A DNA stretch of 64,000 nt from an uncultured Verrucomicrobiota bacterium (GTDB taxonomy: Bacteria; Verrucomicrobiota; Verrucomicrobiia; Limisphaerales; UBA8199): the NCBI GenBank assembly GCA_964653485.1, contig CAZZFF010000008.1, positions 6,557 to 70,556 on the forward strand. The letters are read 5' to 3'. This document shows, one piece after another, positions 29,335 through 37,813 of this stretch. The first letter of the stretch is position 1. The number at the start of each line of letters is the position of its first letter. The position numbers and the translations under genes are program-made. Under the pieces are notes generated by a model. That model was not told where the DNA came from and did not search any database. It saw only the letters and a list, made by a program, of their open reading frames with translations.

Positions 29335-30656
29335 ATAAACTCGTTGATCAGGTTCTCGAGGTACTCCTGGCGGCCGCTGCTGTTGGGGGCGGGTTCGCCC
29401 TTTTTGAGCATGTAGGCCTCGAGGTCCTTAAACGTGGCCTTGCCGGCCGAGATCTGGGCGCCGATGCCCGCGTCCCAGGAACTATAACGCTCCCGAACGA
29501 ATTGGGCCAGGCGTCCGTCTTTGCGGATGGCGGCGGCGGTCTTGAGGCCGCGCGCGAAGGCGTCCATGCCTCCGATATGGGCGTGGAACAGGTCCACGGG
29601 CTCGAAGCTCTCGCGCCGCACCTTCGCGTCGAAGTTGGTGCCGCCGGTTGAAAAGCCGCCCATCTTGAGGATGGAGAGCATCACTTCGGTCGTGAGATAA
29701 ACATCGGTCGGGAACTGGTCGGTGTCCCAGCCCAGGAGCATGTCGCCGGTGTTGGCGTCGATGGAGCCCAAGGCGTCGGCGGCGATGGCGACCTCCAGTT
29801 CATGCTGCATGGTATGGCCGGCCAGCGTGGCGTGATTGGCCTCGATGTTCAATTTAAGGTCGCCCACCAGCCCGTAGGAGCGCAGGAAGTTCAGGCAAGC
29901 CGCCGCGTCGGAGTCATATTGGTGCTTGGTCGGTTCTTTGGGCTTGGGCTCGATATAGAACTGGCCCTTGAAGCCGATCTCCTTCTTGTAGTCCACAGCC
30001 ATGTGGAGGAACCTGCCAAGCTGGTCCAACTCCCGCTTCAGATCGGTGTTCAGGAGCGTGCTGTAGCCTTCCCGTCCGCCCCAGAAGACGTAACCGGCGC
30101 CGTTCAACTCGTGGGTGACCTCGATGGCCTTTTTCACTTGCGCCGCGGCGTAGGCGAAGACGTCCGCATTGCAACTGGTGGCGGCGCCGTGCGCAAAGCG
30201 CGGATGCGCAAACAGGCAGGCGGTGCCCCAGAGCAACCGGACCCCTGTGCGCTGCTGCTCCTCCTTGAGGAGCTTGACAATGACATCGAGGTTCTGGTTG
30301 GTCTCCCGAAGGTCCTTGCCCTCCGGGGCAACATCGCGGTCGTGGAAAGCGTAAAACGGGGCGCCGAGCTTTTCGAGAAACTCGAAGGCCACGGCCACGC
30401 GCGTGCGGGCCATCTCCAGCGAATCGCTGCCGTCCTCCCAGGGCCGAACCGCCGTGCCCGAACCGAACATGTCGGACAACTTGCCGCGAATCGTGTGCCA
30501 ATACGTCACCGAGAACCGGAGGTGCTCCTTCATGGATTTGCCTTCGACCAGTTCATCCGGATTGTAATGTTTGAACGCCAGCGGGTTCTTCGACTTCGGA
30601 CCTTCGTACTGTATCTTAGAAATGCCGGGAAAGAATTCTTTCGATTGCTTTTTCAT
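29331..30656 (-). CDS. xylA: Xylose isomerase
   Basis: [55 protein letters not shown] canonical XylA blocks; 441 aa. Confidence 0.95.
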   Translation of the reverse strand: MKKQSKEFFPGISKIQYEGPKSKNPLAFKHYNPDELVEGKSMKEHLRFSVTYWHTIRGKLSDMFGSGTAVRPWEDGSDSLEMARTRVAVAFEFLEKLGAPFYAFHDRDVAPEGKDLRETNQNLDVIVKLLKEEQQRTGVRLLWGTACLFAHPRFAHGAATSCNADVFAYAAAQVKKAIEVTHELNGAGYVFWGGREGYSTLLNTDLKRELDQLGRFLHMAVDYKKEIGFKGQFYIEPKPKEPTKHQYDSDAAACLNFLRSYGLVGDLKLNIEANHATLAGHTMQHELEVAIAADALGSIDANTGDMLLGWDTDQFPTDVYLTTEVMLSILKMGGFSTGGTNFDAKVRRESFEPVDLFHAHIGGMDAFARGLKTAAAIRKDGRLAQFVRERYSSWDAGIGAQISAGKATFKDLEAYMLKKGEPAPNSSGRQEYLENLINEFI

Positions 30657-30901
30657 GTGCGCGTTACTGTTCGTCCGCGAGACTAAAGACCGGAACGGCG
30701 CAGCGCAAGCCGGAAGAGGAGCACATCCCGGTATGGGGAACGACTTTCGGAATGAGGGAGCCCAAGACCAAGGACGTTGACCAGGATTCTCCAGCCACCG
30801 ATTCAGTTTCGCCGCACCCCGGAGCGGCTTGCCGGAGACTTTCCGACGGACCCTTTTCGTAGCCGTTCGGATGACGGGTTTGCCCGCCCAAAAAAACCTT
30901 G

Positions 30902-30929
30902 TTGACTTGGCGGGGCTGTTTGGTAGTTT
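30902..30929 (+). promoter_or_regulatory. Possible promoter of rplM-rpsI
   Basis: TTGACT at 30902-07, 16-nt spacer, TAGTTT at 30924-29, preceded by an A-run. By-eye match only. Confidence 0.3.
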
Positions 30930-30955
30930 CCCTTCTCCTTTGATCGGGATTTGAG

Positions 30956-31390
30956 ATGAAAACGTATTTGCCGAAAGTCAACCTGGAAGAACGGAAATGG
31001 CACGTGATTGATGCCGACGGCGCGGTGTTAGGGCGCCTGGCAGCACAGGTCGCCAATATCCTGCGTGGTCGAAACAAGCCGATTTACACCCCGCATATGG
31101 ATGCCGGCGGTTTTGTCGTGGTCATTAACGCCGAGAAGGTCCGGGTCACCGGCAAGAAAGAGACCAACAAAAAATTCATGACCTATTCCGGCTGGAAAGG
31201 CGGGGAAAAATTCACCTCGGTGGCCCAGGTCCGCGCCAAGACTCCGGAGAAGCTCATTACCCATGCGGTGCGCGGCATGGTGCCCAAGAACCGCCTGGGT
31301 CGCGTTCTCATGACCAAGCTTAAAGTTTATAAGGGCAACCAGCACCCCCACGCCGCCCAGAAACCTGAACCCCTGGCCCCAGCCAAGTAA
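30956..31390 (+). CDS. rplM: 50S ribosomal protein L13
   Basis: [47 protein letters not shown].. canonical L13. Confidence 0.97.
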   Translation: MKTYLPKVNLEERKWHVIDADGAVLGRLAAQVANILRGRNKPIYTPHMDAGGFVVVINAEKVRVTGKKETNKKFMTYSGWKGGEKFTSVAQVRAKTPEKLITHAVRGMVPKNRLGRVLMTKLKVYKGNQHPHAAQKPEPLAPAK

Positions 31391-31427
31391 CCCCTCACTC
31401 CAACCTTAATTTTCAACTCCTAGCGGT

Positions 31428-31844
31428 ATGGCCGATATCAAAATCCCCGAAGTCAAAGCCCCCCAACATCTCGGCACAGGCCGGCGCAAGTCCGCTGTGG
31501 CGCGCGTGCGCCTGGTCGGCGGTTCCGGCAAAATACTGATCAATGGCCGGTCGTTTGAGAATTACTTTCCCCTCGAATCGCTCCGCGTCGTTGTTTCACA
31601 GCCCTTGACCGCCACGGGCACCGCTGAGAAATTCGATGCGATGGTTACCGTCTCGGGCGGCGGGCCCAATGGGCAAGCCGGAGCCGTCCGCCACGGTCTG
31701 GCCCGCGCTTTGTTGACCATCGACCCCAGTTTCCGCCCCGCCCTCAAGGCCGAGGGTCTGCTGACCCGCGACCCGCGCATGAGGGAGCGCAAAAAGTACG
31801 GCCAACCCGGCGCGCGCCGGCGCTTCCAGTACAGCAAGCGGTAA
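31428..31844 (+). CDS. rpsI: 30S ribosomal protein S9
   Basis: [14 protein letters not shown].., C-terminal [20 protein letters not shown]; canonical S9. Confidence 0.97.
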   Translation: MADIKIPEVKAPQHLGTGRRKSAVARVRLVGGSGKILINGRSFENYFPLESLRVVVSQPLTATGTAEKFDAMVTVSGGGPNGQAGAVRHGLARALLTIDPSFRPALKAEGLLTRDPRMRERKKYGQPGARRRFQYSKR

Positions 31845-31872
31845 AGAGGTCGGTTGGACTGTCCGCCAAACG

Positions 31873-31900
31873 CCGCCGGCTCAACCCGGCGGTTTTTTTT
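31873..31900 (+). terminator. Rho-independent terminator after rpsI
   Basis: Stem CCGCCGG / CCGGCGG (31873-79, 31886-92), 6-nt loop, then T8 (31893-31900). Confidence 0.8.
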
Positions 31901-31917
31901 ACAGCCGTGAATCCTGA

Positions 31918-32985
31918 ATGGTCATGAAAACCAAGCCTGTCGGCATCGTCGGCGCTTCCGGCTACTCGGGCGAAGAACTGGTGCGGCTGCTGCTCTCGCA
32001 CCCGAACGTCCATTTGACCGCAGTAACCTCGCGGCAGTATGCCGGGCAGACCCTGGCCCATGTCTTTCCCAAATTCGCCCATCATCCGCGCGCCCGGACG
32101 CTTCGGTTCAGCGAGCCCAAGGCCGAGTTGCTCGCCAGGCAGGCCGAGGTGATCTTCCTGGCGCTGCCTCACGGAGTGGCGGCGGAGTTCGCGGTGCCAC
32201 TGCTCCAATCTGGTTGCCAAGTCATTGACTTGAGCGCCGACTTCCGGGTCAAGAGTGCTGCTGTCTATAAGGACTTTTACGGGCGCGAGCACCCGGCCCC
32301 CGAACTCCTGGCCCAAGCCGTCTATGGGTTGCCGGAGGTCTATCGCAATGAGATCAAATCCGGTTCGCTCATCGCTTCCCCGGGTTGCTACCCCACAAGC
32401 ATTTTGCTGCCCTGCATCCCCTTGCTGCGTGTGGGCCTGGTCAGGAGCGCGGGCATTATCGCCGATTCCCTGAGCGGGGTCAGCGGGGCCGGGCGCAAGG
32501 CGGAGCTGGATTACCTCTTCGTGGAATGCAACGAGAGCGTTCGGCCCTACGGCCTGCCCAAACACCGCCATCTTTCAGAAATCGAACAGGAACTCTCCCT
32601 GGCCGCCGGGACCCAGGTCACCCTCCAATTCACCCCACACCTAATCCCGGTCAACCGCGGTATCCTCACGACCTTGTACTTGGCGCCAACCGCCAGGGTC
32701 GAAAATGCGGACGACCTGGCTGGATTCGGTAAGAAAGTGGCGGCCTGTTACCAGGCGGCCTACGGTGACGAACCTTTCGTTCGGCTCCTGGAAGGCAAGG
32801 CCTTGCCCGACACTAAAAACGTCGTCGGAACCAACGTCCTCGAACTAGCTTGGCGCCTGGACCCGCGCACCGGGGCTCTCATCGTCATGAGCGCCGAAGA
32901 CAATCTCATCAAAGGCGCCAGCGGCCAAGCGGTCCAGAGCCTCAACCTGGTGTGCGGTTTCCCGGAAACCGCCGGCTTGCTCTAA
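31918..32985 (+). CDS. argC: N-acetyl-gamma-glutamyl-phosphate reductase
   Basis: VGIVGASGYSGEELVRLLLSHP.., active-site context SPGCYPTS, C-terminal NLIKGASGQAVQ. Confidence 0.93.
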   Translation: MVMKTKPVGIVGASGYSGEELVRLLLSHPNVHLTAVTSRQYAGQTLAHVFPKFAHHPRARTLRFSEPKAELLARQAEVIFLALPHGVAAEFAVPLLQSGCQVIDLSADFRVKSAAVYKDFYGREHPAPELLAQAVYGLPEVYRNEIKSGSLIASPGCYPTSILLPCIPLLRVGLVRSAGIIADSLSGVSGAGRKAELDYLFVECNESVRPYGLPKHRHLSEIEQELSLAAGTQVTLQFTPHLIPVNRGILTTLYLAPTARVENADDLAGFGKKVAACYQAAYGDEPFVRLLEGKALPDTKNVVGTNVLELAWRLDPRTGALIVMSAEDNLIKGASGQAVQSLNLVCGFPETAGLL

Positions 32986-33121
32986 GCCCGCATCGAACGA
33001 GGTTTGGCACCTCCCACGAAGGGCCCGAACGGGAAGGTGAGGACCCTCTTTATCATCGCTGGGTTTTGGTCTCTTTGACACCCTCGGCGGGAGTTCCTCG
33101 CAAATGGGCCGCGTGATCGGA

Positions 33122-33338
33122 GCAAAAAAAACCGGGCTAGTCAGTCAGGGGGTGACCGAAAAGCCCGGGGAATTTTCGAATTAGTACAACAGTAGGATTA
33201 CGGAGAAAATCGATCCGAGCCTGTACTCGGAACACGGATCGAAATCGTTTTCGGACTGACAAAGAACAAAAGCCATCAATCCCGCAAATCAAAGCCACGC
33301 GCTGCACCGACATCCGCAACCTACCAAGCGCGCCTGGA
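33122..33338 (-). ncRNA. Candidate ~215-nt small RNA (class unknown), divergent from glnB
   Basis: Minus strand: perfect -35 TTGACA (33373-33368), 17-nt spacer, TTAACT (33350-33345). About 215 nt downstream is the hairpin CCGGGC..GCCCGG (33168-33132) followed by T8 (33131-33124). The region is clearly less GC-rich than flanking genes. The only ORF (33137..33319) has atypically low third-position GC. A possible long-range helix joins GTAGGTTGCGG (5-prime part) and CCGTAATCCTAC (just before the terminator). Confidence 0.35.
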
Positions 33339-33400
33339 ACCCACAGTTAATCACGACGCCTAATCTTTGTCAACTGGCTTCCAGCAATTCTCTAACTTAG

Positions 33401-33919
<519 letters not shown>

Positions 33920-34015
33920 AAACCCGCTCGCCGGACCCTGGCCGGTGGCCTCGGCCCATGACAGCGGTTGGGCGGAAGTGAGAAAAAGTGCCTGATTTCA
34001 CGGCACAACAGGCCT

Positions 34016-34024
34016 GTGAATAAC
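34016..34024. promoter_or_regulatory. DnaA box (TGTGAATAA = TTATTCACA, fits TTATNCACA)
   Basis: Exact match to the 9-mer consensus TTATNCACA on the reverse strand. Confidence 0.5.
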
Positions 34025-34026
34025 TC

Positions 34027-34035
34027 GTGAATAAG
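34027..34035. promoter_or_regulatory. DnaA-box-like (CGTGAATAA)
   Basis: 8 of 9 match to TTATNCACA, 11 bp from the first box and in the same orientation. Confidence 0.4.
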
Positions 34036-34306
34036 AGTTAATATGTTGTCCTCGCAAGTTCGGTCTGGATTGCCTAAAAAGGTCGCCCGGATGGCGGTTC
34101 GGCTCGAGTGCATCAGGCTGCGAGTCATCGGCTCCTAAGCTGGCAGCTAGTTAGATCGTAAGTGATTGGTGATCAGCTACTTAGGTATTGCTTCAAATGT
34201 GTGAAATGCTAGAGCACCCGCGTTTTCTGGGGTTTTTGTCGTATGGGTCCGGTCCCGGTGGCCAGAGCAGGGCTGGATACAGTAGTGAAGCTGCGGTAAT
34301 CGGTCA

Positions 34307-34315
34307 GGTGAATAA
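34307..34315. promoter_or_regulatory. DnaA-box-like (GGTGAATAA)
   Basis: 8 of 9 match to TTATNCACA, 35 bp upstream of the dnaA start. This position would fit dnaA autoregulation. Confidence 0.4.
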
Positions 34316-34349
34316 ATCGCCCGTAATGCGGGCTTTTCGCTAATTAGAA

Positions 34350-35723
34350 ATGCAACCTTCCGCCGAGATAATTTGGGGTGCGGCGCAGGATCGCCTGCGC
34401 TCGATGCTCAGCATTGACACCTATAACCTTTGGTTTGCGCCGCTGCGGGCCTGCGGCGAGGAAAACGATTGCCTGACTCTCGAAGTGGCCAATGACTTTT
34501 GTGAGGTCTGGCTCAAGGACAACTACATGGGGCTGTTGCGGGATGTTGTCGCCCTGACGTGCGGGCAACAGTTGCAGATCAAGTTCAAGGTGGCGGCAAG
34601 CCAACCGTCGGCCCCGGTGCTACCCCCCGTCCCGGAACTTGATGCGCTCAAAGCCAACATCGTGGTTCAGCCGGGGGCGCAGCGAGGCAACGGAAATGCC
34701 GACCCGGAGGTCAATCCCAAGAACACGTTTGAGGCCTTTGTGGTTGGCAGCAACAACAATTTTGCATACGCCGCCGCGCTGGCGGTGGCCCAAGCGCCCG
34801 GCAAGTCGTACAACCCCCTCTTTCTCTATGGCGGTGTCGGCCTGGGCAAGACTCATCTGCTCCACGCCATCGGCCACCACGTGACTACCCATAAGAGGGG
34901 CGCGCGCGTTGCGTATATCTCCTCGGAGAAGTTTACCAACGAGTACATCGACGGCATCCAGAACAACCAGATCGCCAAGTTCCGCAAGAAGTACCGGCAG
35001 ACGGACGTGCTGCTGATCGATGACATTCAGTTCCTGGCGGGCAAGGAGCGAATCCAGGAAGAGTTCTTTCACACCTTCAACGCGCTGCATGAGGCCCACC
35101 ACCAGATCGTCCTGACCTGCGACCGTCCGGCCAGTGAGATACAGAACCTCGAACAGCGGTTGGTCTCGCGTTTCGAGTGGGGCCTGGTCACCGACCTGCA
35201 GCCGCCCGACGGGGAGATGCGCTTGGCGATTCTTCGGAAGAAGGCCCAACTGATGGGCGTCCAGTTGCCCGGGGAAATCATGGGTTTCCTGGCAAACCGC
35301 ATACGCACCAATGTTCGGAGGCTGGAGGGGGCCTTGATTCGAGTGGCCTCGTTCGCTTCCCTGACCGGCAAGGCCCTGAATCTCGAGGTGGTCGAGGGGT
35401 TGCTTCGGGAAATCCTTCACGAGGAGGGCCGCACCTCGGTCAACGTCGAGGTTATCCAGAAGAAGGTGGCTGAGCATTTCGACATCCGCCTCGCGGACAT
35501 GACGAGCAAGCGCCGGCCCGAGAACATCGCATTCCCGCGGCAAGTGGCCATGTATTTGGCGCGTGGCATGACCGGCAGCTCCCTCAGCGTCATTGGCGAG
35601 GCCTTTGGCGGACGCGACCACGGCACCGTTCTGCACGCCTGCCGGCTGGTCAAAGACCGCATGGAAGTCGATGCCAACGTCCGCCAAGTCGTTCAATACC
35701 TCGAAAAGGAACTTTCCAGGTAG
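34350..35723 (+). CDS. dnaA: Chromosomal replication initiator DnaA
   Basis: Walker A GGVGLGKTHLL, DVLLIDDIQFL, sensor/box VII region, and C-terminal DNA-binding domain (RPENIAFPRQVAMYLARGMT..SLSVIGEAFGGRDHGTVLHA). Confidence 0.97.
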   Translation: MQPSAEIIWGAAQDRLRSMLSIDTYNLWFAPLRACGEENDCLTLEVANDFCEVWLKDNYMGLLRDVVALTCGQQLQIKFKVAASQPSAPVLPPVPELDALKANIVVQPGAQRGNGNADPEVNPKNTFEAFVVGSNNNFAYAAALAVAQAPGKSYNPLFLYGGVGLGKTHLLHAIGHHVTTHKRGARVAYISSEKFTNEYIDGIQNNQIAKFRKKYRQTDVLLIDDIQFLAGKERIQEEFFHTFNALHEAHHQIVLTCDRPASEIQNLEQRLVSRFEWGLVTDLQPPDGEMRLAILRKKAQLMGVQLPGEIMGFLANRIRTNVRRLEGALIRVASFASLTGKALNLEVVEGLLREILHEEGRTSVNVEVIQKKVAEHFDIRLADMTSKRRPENIAFPRQVAMYLARGMTGSSLSVIGEAFGGRDHGTVLHACRLVKDRMEVDANVRQVVQYLEKELSR

Positions 35724-36697
35724 AGTTGCTTGGCCAGGCGGATTGCCGCCCGCATGCTCGATGCGTTAGCTTTGCCTTGGCCGGCGATGTCGTATGCGGT
35801 CCCGTGATCGGGGGACGTGCGGATAAAGGGAAGGCCGAGAGTCCAGTTCACGCCGGTATCGAAGCTCACCATTTTCAATGGCGCCAGACCCTGGTCGTGG
35901 TACATCGCCACGACGGCGTCATACTCTCCTCGGTACGCATGGTAGAACAAGGCGTCCGCGCTCAGGGGACCGACGGCGTCGAGTCCGCGGCGCTGCGCCG
36001 CCTGGACGGCCGGGGCGATGATGGTCTGCTCTTCAGTGCCCATGTTGCCGCCCTCGCCGGCATGAGGATTCAGGCCGCACACCGCAACGCGGGCGCGGGA
36101 CAGGCCCAGGTCGCGGCAGGCCCGGGAGGCCAGTTCGATGACGAGCTCGATCTTTGCCTGGGTCAGCCGTGTGGACACTTCCTTGAGCGGCAAATGGGTT
36201 GTAGCCAGGGCCACCCGTAGCCACCGACCGCGCTCATCCTGGCCGAGCAACATCATGGCGGTCTTCTCCGTTCCGGCGAGTTGGGAGAGCAACTCGGTCT
36301 GTCCCACGAAGGCCAGGCCCGAGCGGATGATGGCTTCCTTGTTCACCGGTGCTGTAACCAGGGCCTTGAGTTCCCCGCGCAAACAGCGCTGCGCTCCGTC
36401 GCGCAACCAAGCTACAGCGGCTTGGGCGGCAGCGGCCGAGCCCGCAGGCAGGCCTTCCGGCAGGGCGCCGGGGAGCGGGTTCAAGGCGGCTATCCAAGCT
36501 CGCTGTTCCGGCCCGGTGTAGGGTTGGAGCGGGAGGTTGAGGCCCAACCGCCGGTTGAGGGCTTGCGCGTGGTCCACGTCGCCCAGCAGCAGGTAGCGGG
36601 CGCCGTCAGAAGCGCCTTCGGCGGCAATGGCCTTGAGCGCCACTTCCGGGCCGACGCCGGTGATGTCCCCAAGGGAGATGCCCACCCAGCCAGTCAT
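35693..36697 (-). CDS. pdxA: 4-hydroxythreonine-4-phosphate dehydrogenase
   Basis: GISLGDITGVGPEV.., TTHLPLKEV, CGLNPHAGEGG, AMYHDQGL, RTSPDHGTA canonical PdxA blocks. Start taken at the ATG at 36697; the ORF extends to 36778 but would overlap the surA-like gene. The 3-prime end overlaps the dnaA 3-prime end by 31 nt (convergent). Confidence 0.9.
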   Translation of the reverse strand: MTGWVGISLGDITGVGPEVALKAIAAEGASDGARYLLLGDVDHAQALNRRLGLNLPLQPYTGPEQRAWIAALNPLPGALPEGLPAGSAAAAQAAVAWLRDGAQRCLRGELKALVTAPVNKEAIIRSGLAFVGQTELLSQLAGTEKTAMMLLGQDERGRWLRVALATTHLPLKEVSTRLTQAKIELVIELASRACRDLGLSRARVAVCGLNPHAGEGGNMGTEEQTIIAPAVQAAQRRGLDAVGPLSADALFYHAYRGEYDAVVAMYHDQGLAPLKMVSFDTGVNWTLGLPFIRTSPDHGTAYDIAGQGKANASSMRAAIRLAKQLYLESSFSRY

Positions 36698-36737
36698 AAG
36701 GGATGGCCTCGGCGCAGAACGGGAAGGCGCCGGGTTG

Positions 36738-37694
36738 TCAGTAATAGGCAACAAAGGTCTTTTTTCTGAGCTTGTCAATCCACTGCTTCTGCAGGCGGGT
36801 GCGCTCGCGATCCTGCAGGTCCTTTTCGATCTGAGCGCGGACCTCGCTCAAAGTGCTGTAATGAGCCGCTTCGACACCGTCGACCTGCACGAGGTAGCAG
36901 GCTTCCGGAGTGTCGATGACGGCGCTACGCTCGCCTGGCTTCAGGGTGAAGGCGGCGTCGTCGAGTTCCTTTCGGAGCTCGCCTTTCTTGACCCAACCCC
37001 TGTCCCCGCCCTGTTGGTGCATTTTGTCATCCGAGTACAGGGTTGCCATTTCGGCAAAGGACGCGCCGGCGTTGATCTTGGCCAGGATTTCATCGGCCAG
37101 TTTTCTGGCCTGCGGAGCGTCCGGGTCGTTCGATTTGTTCAGCACCATGAGCCGCAGCTTGACGCGGTCCGGCAACTTGTAAGTCTCATGGTGCTCCTGG
37201 TAGTAGGCCTCCACTTTGTGCGGTGAGATGATGATTTCGGAGGAAACGTTCTTTTCCCTCATCGCCCGCTCGATGTATCGGTCGCGAATCCCTTGACGAT
37301 AACGCTCCAGAGTTGTTCCTTGGGCTTCGAGGGTCCGAATGAACGTCATCCGATCGCCGTGAGAACGCACCTCGGCCGAAACCACGTCATCAATGACCTT
37401 CTCCGGCAGGTTGTAGCCGGCCGTTTTGAACTCATGGAGGATTAGCTGCCGCTCTGCCAAAAGCTCCAAATTGTCGCGCTCGGCCTGGGCGACCTTTGTC
37501 TGATAGACTTCGGGCTGGTCCTTGTAATCGCGCCACAATTCCCTCTCGGGTTTCAAGGTTTCTTCCGCGACATCCTGGCGCGTGATGACGGTATCGTGAA
37601 CAACCGCGTCAATCCCGTTGATCAACCCGGCCCGAAGTTGCACCGCCGCCCCAATCAGCGCAGCCGCAACGACTGTCATGCAAAGGAGTTTCAT
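36738..37694 (-). CDS. Periplasmic peptidyl-prolyl isomerase, SurA/PrsA-like (parvulin domain)
   Basis: Signal peptide. SurA-like N-terminal chaperone region. Parvulin domain (FAEMATLYSDDKMHQQGGDRGWVKKGEL..AFTLKPGERSAVIDTPEACYLVQV). Upstream of pdxA, as in the classical surA-pdxA arrangement. Confidence 0.85.
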   Translation of the reverse strand: MKLLCMTVVAAALIGAAVQLRAGLINGIDAVVHDTVITRQDVAEETLKPERELWRDYKDQPEVYQTKVAQAERDNLELLAERQLILHEFKTAGYNLPEKVIDDVVSAEVRSHGDRMTFIRTLEAQGTTLERYRQGIRDRYIERAMREKNVSSEIIISPHKVEAYYQEHHETYKLPDRVKLRLMVLNKSNDPDAPQARKLADEILAKINAGASFAEMATLYSDDKMHQQGGDRGWVKKGELRKELDDAAFTLKPGERSAVIDTPEACYLVQVDGVEAAHYSTLSEVRAQIEKDLQDRERTRLQKQWIDKLRKKTFVAYY

Positions 37695-37813
37695 TCGTTC
37701 GTGGCATGATTCTAATTGGCGTTGCCAGAGAGGTCAAGCGGGGGCCGCCTCAAAGGGTGCGGGAATCGACGCAAGGTCGTAGTCCCTGCGCTTTTGAAAA
37801 AGTGAGCGCGGTC

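Larger units (their letters stand above)
33920..34349. other. Candidate oriC (glnB-dnaA intergenic region)
   Basis: 430-bp non-coding interval directly upstream of dnaA, with an AT-richer core (about 34130-34230) and three GTGAATAA motifs. Confidence 0.45.

Noticed and set aside
33137-33319. 60-aa ORF on the minus strand between argC and glnB.
   Set aside because: It is Arg-rich with no motif. By eye its third-position GC is far below that of neighbouring genes, and it reads into the terminator hairpin. It is treated as part of a candidate non-coding RNA instead.
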